Virus record (IMG/VR): IMGVR_UViG_3300028048_000105
Length of the DNA: 15,224 nucleotides
DNA from: a virus
Lineage: Duplodnaviria; Heunggongvirae; Uroviricota; Caudoviricetes
Reading direction: 5' to 3' (one strand)
Positions 8,401-13,888 of this stretch are shown here, piece by piece. The notes under the pieces were generated by a model. It was not told the origin of the DNA. It did not search any database and worked only from the letters and a program-made list of their open reading frames with translations. Every line of letters starts with the position of its first letter. The stretch's first letter is position 1. Position numbers and translations under genes: made by a program.

Positions 8401-9186
8401 CTATTTCTCGAAAAAGTGTCTTTCAAATACCATGGCAGTTTCATCCTGCCCAGGTACAGCATACACAATATTCTCCACAGAGGCAACACCAAAAATCTCA
8501 TCCATCAGTTCTGCAACCTGCCGTGGATCCTGTCCAAACACACCACAGCCAAAAGCACCGAGAATTAATGTATCGACACCCTGATCGGCTACGATATCCC
8601 GGATGAAAAGAAGCCGATTTATCAAGACTTTCTCATTTTCCTCATCGCTGACCTTCTGGTATTTCTGCGCGGCATACTTATTTGGCGCAGCACAGGTTAT
8701 GATGTCCGCTTTAACCGTACACTCATCGTTTTCAAAAACGACATCTGGCGTATATAATGCGCGGTCTGTATACAATGCCCGGTTTAAGAGCTTTTTATTT
8801 GGTTCGTAATATGCCCCACGGAAGCTGTTGAGCACCGGATACAGTGTTGAATCCATACAAAGGCATTCTTCCTGCGCCTTGCTTCCGGCAAGAAACATTC
8901 CGCCGGGATTTTTAAATGACGCAAAGTTCAACGCTGCCACCTTACCGGTATCTTTGCGGCGCTTAGCAGCAAAAATAGCTGCCACAGTGTCCGTTGGTAA
9001 AAAGAATTGCCGTGGGTTTCCGCTCTTATCTGATCTCTGCATCACACGGGCATCGTACATGACAGTATTTGCCACCTGCTCTCTGATCTCTTCTTTATAT
9101 TTCTCTGAAACATAAGCCAGATGATTCTTTGCAGCAGCTGCTCTTTCCTCTTTGTTCTTCCAATATCTTTCGTTTCTGTTTACCAT
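8401..9186 (-). CDS. TIGR02452-family protein (microbial PARG-like macrodomain, ADP-ribose glycohydrolase; 261 aa)
   Basis: ALNFASFKNPGGMFLAGSKAQEECLC carries the PGGxFxxGxxAQEE signature; ITCAAPN and LILGAFGCGVF are also typical. Start moved to ATG 9186 after RBS GAAAGGAG. Confidence 0.88.
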   Translation of the reverse strand: MVNRNERYWKNKEERAAAAKNHLAYVSEKYKEEIREQVANTVMYDARVMQRSDKSGNPRQFFLPTDTVAAIFAAKRRKDTGKVAALNFASFKNPGGMFLAGSKAQEECLCMDSTLYPVLNSFRGAYYEPNKKLLNRALYTDRALYTPDVVFENDECTVKADIITCAAPNKYAAQKYQKVSDEENEKVLINRLLFIRDIVADQGVDTLILGAFGCGVFGQDPRQVAELMDEIFGVASVENIVYAVPGQDETAMVFERHFFEK

Positions 9187-9191
9187 AATTG

Positions 9192-9240
9192 TTTTCTCCT
9201 TTCGAATTTGAAATATTTGTTTTACATCTTTAATATGAAA
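9192..9240. repeat. 49-bp direct repeat, copy 1 (RBS plus motif F)
   Basis: Matches 12499-12547 at 48/49 positions (ttttctcctttcgaatttgaaatatttgttttacatctYtaatatgaaa). Confidence 0.95.
9223..9240 (-). promoter_or_regulatory. Conserved cassette motif copy F
   Basis: Minus strand tttcatatt-aaaga-tgta, 37 bp upstream of ATG 9186. Confidence 0.75.
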
Positions 9241-9241
9241 T

Positions 9242-9270
9242 AAAAAAAGAAGAGCCGAAGCTCTCCTTTT
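9242..9270 (-). terminator. Intrinsic terminator F (cUUCGg loop)
   Basis: Minus strand aggagagc-ttcg-gctcttct plus T-run, directly after the stop at 9273. Confidence 0.9.
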
Positions 9271-9272
9271 CT

Positions 9273-9626
9273 TTATTCCCATCCTGCTACACCTGAGAAC
9301 GGATCATCATCATCTGCAGGCTGCGAAGCTCCGTCAGCATTCGACTGTGGCTGAGACTGCAATGTCTCATTGTACTTAGCAATAACCGCATCACTAATCT
9401 CCTTACGGAGTTCGGCAGTTGTCGGGAAGGCAATATCATAATATTTCTCATTGCCATCCTTATCTTTACCTTTACGGTTTGGGAGGGAAATAAATAATCC
9501 CTTCTTCCCCTCAACGACACGGATATCATTGACTGCAAATACCCCGTCTAAGTTAATTGAAGCATATGCCTTTGTTGATCCATTACCGGATTTCACCGGT
9601 ATAATTCTTACTTCTGATACCTTCAT
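9273..9626 (-). CDS. spoVG: SpoVG-family nucleic-acid-binding protein with acidic tail (117 aa)
   Basis: MKVSEVRI...KAYASINLDGVFAVNDIRVVEGKKGLFISLP...YYDIAFPTTAELRKEISDAV parallels SpoVG along its length; extra tail DDDDPFSGVAGWE. Start moved to ATG 9626 after RBS GAAAGGAG. Confidence 0.85.
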   Translation of the reverse strand: MKVSEVRIIPVKSGNGSTKAYASINLDGVFAVNDIRVVEGKKGLFISLPNRKGKDKDGNEKYYDIAFPTTAELRKEISDAVIAKYNETLQSQPQSNADGASQPADDDDPFSGVAGWE

Positions 9627-9665
9627 AATTTCATTCTCCTTTCGATAATAAAAAATAATGTTTTG

Positions 9666-9684
9666 TACATTTATCAATATGAAA
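9666..9684 (-). promoter_or_regulatory. Cassette motif copy G (N6 spacer)
   Basis: Minus strand tttcatatt-gataaa-tgta, 40 bp upstream of ATG 9626. Confidence 0.7.
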
Positions 9685-9725
9685 TGAAAAAAAGTTTGTG
9701 ATGAATGGTTTTTGTGAGAAAATTG

Positions 9726-9768
9726 AAAAAATAAGAAGAAAGGCCAAAAAAAATGATCTTTCTTCTTA
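9726..9768 (-). terminator. Intrinsic terminator G after recA
   Basis: 15-nt arms taagaagaaagatca / tggcctttcttctta (one mismatch, one GU) followed by a T-run on the minus strand. Confidence 0.85.
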
Positions 9769-9779
9769 CTGCTCACCGC

Positions 9780-10874
9780 TTATGCTTCCATTTCTTCCGA
9801 TTCAAGGGTTCCGTCTGCTGTACCCGCTTCTGCCGGAGCACTGTCATCCGCCATTTCTGTATCCATATTCTTTCCAAGAATTTCATTCTTAATCGCTTCT
9901 GCAATATCCGGATGCTCCTTCAGATACTGTTTTGCTCCATTTGATCCATCACGTCCCTGGCACTGCTTTCCATCCGGCATGGTAAACCACGCACCACGTT
10001 TGGAAATGATTTCACGGTCTGTTCCAAGATCCACGATTTCCCCATAAATATCAATGCCCTGCCCGAACACGATCTCCGTCATGGCTTCCTTAAATGGCGG
10101 GGCAACTTTGTTCTTCACAACTTTAATCTTCACGCGGTTGGAAACCGCCTGTCCCTCTTTCTTTAATGTTTCCGTTTTTCTCACATCCAGGCGGACAGAA
10201 GCATAAAACTTGAGCGCACGTCCACCGGCCGTTGTCTCTGGATTTCCAAACATAATGCCAACTTTTTCTCTCAACTGATTGATAAACACCACGGTACACT
10301 TGGTATTCGCAATCACGCTTGTCAGTTTCCGCAATGCCTGGCTCATCAAACGCGCCTGCAGTCCGACATGCGAATCCCCCATATCCCCGTCAATCTCTGC
10401 TTTTGGCGTCAGGGCGGCCACAGAGTCAACAACCACAATATCCACTGCGCCGGAACGAACCATTGTTTCTGTAATTTCCAGTGCCTGTTCCCCACAGTCC
10501 GGCTGGGAAACGTAAAGATCGTCAATATCAACCCCGATATTTCTTGCATAGGAAGGATCAAGCGCATGCTCCGCATCAATGAAGGCAGCTACTCCTCCGT
10601 TTTTCTGCACCTCTGCTACCATATGCAGTGCCATCGTTGTCTTTCCACCGGACTCTGGACCATAAATCTCAATAATACGTCCCTTTGGTACTCCCCCGAC
10701 TCCAAGTGCAAGGTCAAGGGACAGGGAACCGGTCGAGATTGTTTCAACTGTCATATGGGTGTTCTCCCCCAGCTTCATGACGGCGCCTGCACCATATTGC
10801 TTATTTATATGGTCAATTGCTGCCTCAAGTGCCGCAATCTTGCTGTTCTTTTCTTCTTTTACTTCTTTTGCCAT
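9780..10874 (-). CDS. recA: RecA recombinase (364 aa)
   Basis: Full-length RecA motifs: [16 protein letters not shown] (Walker A), [62 protein letters not shown]; RBS AAGGAG. Confidence 0.98.
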   Translation of the reverse strand: MAKEVKEEKNSKIAALEAAIDHINKQYGAGAVMKLGENTHMTVETISTGSLSLDLALGVGGVPKGRIIEIYGPESGGKTTMALHMVAEVQKNGGVAAFIDAEHALDPSYARNIGVDIDDLYVSQPDCGEQALEITETMVRSGAVDIVVVDSVAALTPKAEIDGDMGDSHVGLQARLMSQALRKLTSVIANTKCTVVFINQLREKVGIMFGNPETTAGGRALKFYASVRLDVRKTETLKKEGQAVSNRVKIKVVKNKVAPPFKEAMTEIVFGQGIDIYGEIVDLGTDREIISKRGAWFTMPDGKQCQGRDGSNGAKQYLKEHPDIAEAIKNEILGKNMDTEMADDSAPAEAGTADGTLESEEMEA

Positions 10875-10896
10875 CTGTCATATTCTCCTTTTTTAT

Positions 10897-10930
10897 CAGA
10901 CTGGCAGAAACGCCAGCCTGTTTTATTTTT
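10897..10930 (+). terminator. Hairpin upstream of the recA RBS, with T-tract on the + (antisense) strand
   Basis: cagactggc-agaaac-gccagcctg followed by ttttattttt on +; on the coding strand the stem is followed by ataaaaagg, with no U-tract. Confidence 0.55.
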
Positions 10931-10936
10931 CTCTTC

Positions 10937-11755
10937 CTAGTTTTTCCCCCATCCGGCAAGCCCGTTTGTTCCCGGAATGAACGGATCTGATTCCTCACTG
11001 TCGTCATTAAAAATTGCAAATGGATCCTTATCGTCTGCCGAATTACCACCGGATGGCGCCGCAGGCTGCACCGGGGCAGGTGCCTGGTTATTCCTTCCTG
11101 TAAACGGATCATCCTGCCCCGTGGGTTGTTGTGGCAATGGAGACTGCGCCTGCTGTCCGGACTCTGCATGGGTTTCCCCCGGAGCATCAAGGGAATCGTT
11201 TGCATCGAAATCCCCGTTCTGGATGTCCTTCTTATAATAGGAGCTGCGCTTTGCTTCGTTTACATAGAATTCATAAATAAGGTTGCTGTAATACGTCTTT
11301 GGTGTCACCGGAACCAGCCCCATTAAAAGGCGGAACAAAAATGCCATCTTTTTTAATGAATGCGGGGTAACAGCGACCATCTTATTCTGCTTTTTTGATG
11401 TATTCTGTACCTGGAAAACAACTCCCGCACGCCCTTTGCCAATATTAAAATGACGGCATCCATTATTACCTGCTGTCCACTTATACGCGGATGGATATGG
11501 GCTGTTATCTTCCATGATTCTCTTCTGTGCAACACCATTATCAATTTCCTTACAAAACTGCCGGAATTCATCAATATCTAAGTAAAAATCAACGAAATCC
11601 TTTCCTCCGGAATTCAGGGCAACGATGGAAATTTTTACTTTCCCGATTGTCGGAGCCGGTGTAACGTTTACAAAATTTTTCTTGATATTATATTCCTTTA
11701 AGATAGAACCTTCACGGATCATCTCAAGATCCGATTTATACTTTTTTTCTTCCAT
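10937..11755 (-). CDS. Hypothetical protein (272 aa) with long Pro/Gln/Asp-rich tail ending DPF...AGW; possible ssDNA-binding or RecA accessory protein
   Basis: RBS AGGAAAGG; first gene of the recA unit; apparently globular N-terminal ~170 aa, then a low-complexity acidic tail. Confidence 0.8.
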   Translation of the reverse strand: MEEKKYKSDLEMIREGSILKEYNIKKNFVNVTPAPTIGKVKISIVALNSGGKDFVDFYLDIDEFRQFCKEIDNGVAQKRIMEDNSPYPSAYKWTAGNNGCRHFNIGKGRAGVVFQVQNTSKKQNKMVAVTPHSLKKMAFLFRLLMGLVPVTPKTYYSNLIYEFYVNEAKRSSYYKKDIQNGDFDANDSLDAPGETHAESGQQAQSPLPQQPTGQDDPFTGRNNQAPAPVQPAAPSGGNSADDKDPFAIFNDDSEESDPFIPGTNGLAGWGKN

Positions 11756-11803
11756 ATCTTTCTTTTCCTTTCCTTAAAAATTTGTCGTTTTATATCTTCA
11801 CCT

Positions 11804-11857
11804 TACATATTGCGTCATATAAAAATTCGTCAAAGAAATCTGGAAAATTTTTGAAAA
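11804..11857 (-). promoter_or_regulatory. 54-bp class II regulatory repeat, copy 1 (before the recA unit)
   Basis: Reverse complement matches 13832-13885 at 45/54 ungapped positions, including 17/17 for atatgacgcaatatgta; contains TTGACG. Confidence 0.8.
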
Positions 11858-11863
11858 ATATGC

Positions 11864-11899
11864 AAAAAAAAAGAGCCCGCAAGTATTACGAACTCTTTT
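11864..11899 (-). terminator. Intrinsic terminator H, related to terminator E
   Basis: Minus strand agagttcgtaa-tac-ttgcgggctct plus T-run; shares the gcgggctctttttttt arm with terminator E. Confidence 0.85.
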
Positions 11900-11914
11900 G
11901 ATTTTTCTTATTTA

Positions 11915-12175
11915 TTAGGACAAAATGATGTATGAATCTTCTTCCATACTCCCCTCTTCCGGCTTTCCACCTTCCCAGGTAATATCATTTTCCTGTAAAC
12001 TTTCTTCGTCTGCAGGATAACCACATGGACATGACCAACAGTAGCATTTTCCCTGTCCATTTTCGACTTCTTTTTGTGCTTTATGTTCACATCCATATCC
12101 ATTATTAACATCCGCGTTCCCATTGAAATATGGACACTCTGAAACAAAATTATCAAAATTCTTTGCAATTCTCAT
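11915..12175 (-). CDS. Small Cys-rich hypothetical protein (86 aa)
   Basis: RBS GGGAGG precedes ATG 12175 (MRIAKNF); ECPYF...GCEH...CYCWSCPCG suggests metal binding. Confidence 0.75.
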   Translation of the reverse strand: MRIAKNFDNFVSECPYFNGNADVNNGYGCEHKAQKEVENGQGKCYCWSCPCGYPADEESLQENDITWEGGKPEEGSMEEDSYIILS

Positions 12176-12189
12176 GTATATACCTCCCA

Positions 12190-12492
12190 TTAATCCTGAT
12201 TTTGAAAGAAATCAACCTTAAGGGTCGGATCTTCTTGCATCTCATCGCCCCAGATGATCGCACGAAGTTTTTCGTCCTCCACTGACTTTTCAAAAAGAAT
12301 TCTCGGAAGAGACAATGCCTCTGGATTACCATTCTTGTCCGGAATAAATTCGATGTCGATCCCTGGGTAATTTGGGTCAATACATGCAGTTGCACGGAGA
12401 ATTCCTCCCGGCACATTAACATCGATATACTGTGGACGTCCCTGAGATTTTACTTTCTCATTGATTTTCTCATTTTCTCTTAATTTTTCCAT
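12190..12492 (-). CDS. Hypothetical protein (100 aa)
   Basis: RBS GAAAGGAG following motif copy I. Confidence 0.8.
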   Translation of the reverse strand: MEKLRENEKINEKVKSQGRPQYIDVNVPGGILRATACIDPNYPGIDIEFIPDKNGNPEALSLPRILFEKSVEDEKLRAIIWGDEMQEDPTLKVDFFQNQD

Positions 12493-12498
12493 GTCTTT

Positions 12499-12547
12499 TT
12501 TTCTCCTTTCGAATTTGAAATATTTGTTTTACATCTCTAATATGAAA
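12499..12547. repeat. 49-bp direct repeat, copy 2 (RBS plus motif I)
   Basis: 48/49 identical to 9192-9240. Confidence 0.95.
12530..12547 (-). promoter_or_regulatory. Conserved cassette motif copy I
   Basis: Minus strand tttcatatt-agaga-tgta, 38 bp upstream of ATG 12492. Confidence 0.75.
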
Positions 12548-12548
12548 C

Positions 12549-12579
12549 AAAAAAAAGAAGAACCCGAAGGTTCCTCTTT
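12549..12579 (-). terminator. Intrinsic terminator I (cUUCGg loop)
   Basis: Minus strand agaggaacc-ttcg-ggttcttct plus T-run. Confidence 0.9.
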
Positions 12580-12591
12580 CTCATTCCTGTT

Positions 12592-13098
12592 TTAAACGCG
12601 CTTCACAATCTTCCGGCCACACATCGGACAATATTTAATGCCCTCATCGAACTGGTCCGTTCCAAAATCGTAGCCACAGCATTCGGTGACGCCATCAACT
12701 ATTTTTGTTGTTTCCGGTTCACCACTTTCCTGATTAGCTTCACCATTTAAGATTTCGTAAACCTTTTTGAGCTCCGTTAAGGCATATTCCTCACCAAATG
12801 AAGAAATATGGTCAACTTTTCTTCGGAGTTTTAAAATCAGCTCTTTTTTCTGGATAAATTCCTGTGCAGCCTGTTTTGAAGGAAACAGACAGGAAGTGTA
12901 TCCACAGGAAGCATGGTCTGTAAGATACTCCCCACCTCCGGGAAGCTCGGCATATTGCCGTCCGAATCCATCCATCGTGACATACTTTCTGCCAACTTTA
13001 ACTACTTTTCCCTCAACAATTTCCTTTGTATTTCCGAAATGTTCAATGGACCACGCAGATTCTCCAACGTGGAAATCTTTAATTGTAACATTACTCAT
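12592..13098 (-). CDS. Hypothetical protein (168 aa): N-terminal small beta-barrel-like region plus C-terminal zinc ribbon
   Basis: RBS GGAGGTG precedes ATG 13098, overlapping the upstream stop; GKVVKVGRKYVT at the N-terminus; ECCG...YCPMCG at the C-terminus. Confidence 0.78.
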   Translation of the reverse strand: MSNVTIKDFHVGESAWSIEHFGNTKEIVEGKVVKVGRKYVTMDGFGRQYAELPGGGEYLTDHASCGYTSCLFPSKQAAQEFIQKKELILKLRRKVDHISSFGEEYALTELKKVYEILNGEANQESGEPETTKIVDGVTECCGYDFGTDQFDEGIKYCPMCGRKIVKRV

Positions 13099-13771
13099 GA
13101 TCCTCACCTCCATCCTTACGCTCGTAAGTTGGAAGCCCCGGAACGGGTTCCGCATCCGCATCAAGGCAGAGCCAAGTACATCCCTGTTCTGCAGTATATT
13201 CCATTGCCTGATACAGATCAGCCGGGATCTTATCATTCATCGTGTCCGGATCAACAAATATAAACCATCCGTATCCATCCTTCTCGAATACAGGCGGAAG
13301 ATTATTTGTAACTTCAATCTCCTTTCCACAGTGCAGACATTTTGGAGGGAACGGGTTTTTCGAAACGAGGTCGCATGTCTGATCCAACAGATCTACTGTT
13401 TTCGGAGAAATATGCATGGTGCTGATTGTAAGCATCTGCGTAAATTCCCCTGATACCAGCTGGAGTCTGCCTATCGGGAAATATTCTTCCTGATTTCCCA
13501 TCTTTCCCGCGAAACAATCCTCAATGGTATACTCAGGGTTGACATCCTTCACAATATCCGCCACAACGGACGCAATGCTGTCCATCAGCAAACTATACGT
13601 CATACCGTAAAGGCAGGCGTTATTTTCATCCAATGTCTGGTTTTCATCCGGAACATGAATGCCGTAGCGGTCAAGCACGTTCTCAACCATCTCCAGAATG
13701 TCTCCGGCAGCATCACGGACCGCAACTTTACCGTGCAGCACGTATGGACTTCTCATTTCTTCCTTTTTCAT
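13091..13771 (-). CDS. Hypothetical protein (226 aa) with DUF5983-like C-terminal domain
   Basis: LTISTMHI...VFEKDGYGWFIFV...IPADL...GCTWLCLDADAEPVPGLPTY resembles DUF5983 as recalled (not searched); RBS GAAAGGAG; starts MKKEEM. Confidence 0.7.
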   Translation of the reverse strand: MKKEEMRSPYVLHGKVAVRDAAGDILEMVENVLDRYGIHVPDENQTLDENNACLYGMTYSLLMDSIASVVADIVKDVNPEYTIEDCFAGKMGNQEEYFPIGRLQLVSGEFTQMLTISTMHISPKTVDLLDQTCDLVSKNPFPPKCLHCGKEIEVTNNLPPVFEKDGYGWFIFVDPDTMNDKIPADLYQAMEYTAEQGCTWLCLDADAEPVPGLPTYERKDGGEDHE

Positions 13772-13804
13772 ATTTTTTCTCCTTTCGTTTTTGAAAATTA
13801 CTTT

Positions 13805-13822
13805 TACATCTTTAATATGAAA
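13805..13822 (-). promoter_or_regulatory. Conserved cassette motif copy J (head of the leftward array)
   Basis: Minus strand tttcatatt-aaaga-tgta, 34 bp upstream of ATG 13771; no terminator upstream; back-to-back with the class II repeat. Confidence 0.75.
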
Positions 13823-13831
13823 TGCAAAAAA

Positions 13832-13885
13832 TTTTCAAAAACTTTCAAAATTCCCTTGACGAATCCCCATATGACGCAATATGTA
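13832..13885 (+). promoter_or_regulatory. 54-bp class II regulatory repeat, copy 2 (pointing into the non-coding structured region)
   Basis: 45/54 identical to the reverse complement of 11804-11857. Confidence 0.8.
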
Positions 13886-13888
13886 TCA

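Noticed and set aside
10630-10670. RecA Walker A variant GPESGGKTT instead of GPESSGKTT
   Set aside because: This variant occurs in known functional RecAs (e.g. Deinococcus), so it is not evidence of altered function.
11756-11910. SOS (LexA) box upstream of the recA unit
   Set aside because: No CGAAC-N4-GTTCG-like palindrome found by eye.
2348-13822. CRISPR array or integron attC interpretation of the repeated junctions
   Set aside because: Repeats are separated by whole genes of 0.4-2.8 kb rather than 30-40 bp spacers, and no cas gene is present. There are no GTTRRRY/RYYYAAC attC cores and no integrase in the window, and each unit has its own promoter-like motif, unlike typical integron cassettes.
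2348-13822. Cassette motif as a BlaI/CopY operator (TACA-N2-TGTA)
   Set aside because: Only one TACA/TGTA half-site is present and the quasi-symmetric partner is 9 bp away rather than 2; the link to the BlaI-like gene is unsupported.
2357-13822. TCATATT as a sigma-E -35 box
   Set aside because: It matches the Bacillus sigma-E -35 consensus as recalled, but no conserved CATA-type -10 is seen 14-15 bp downstream across copies.
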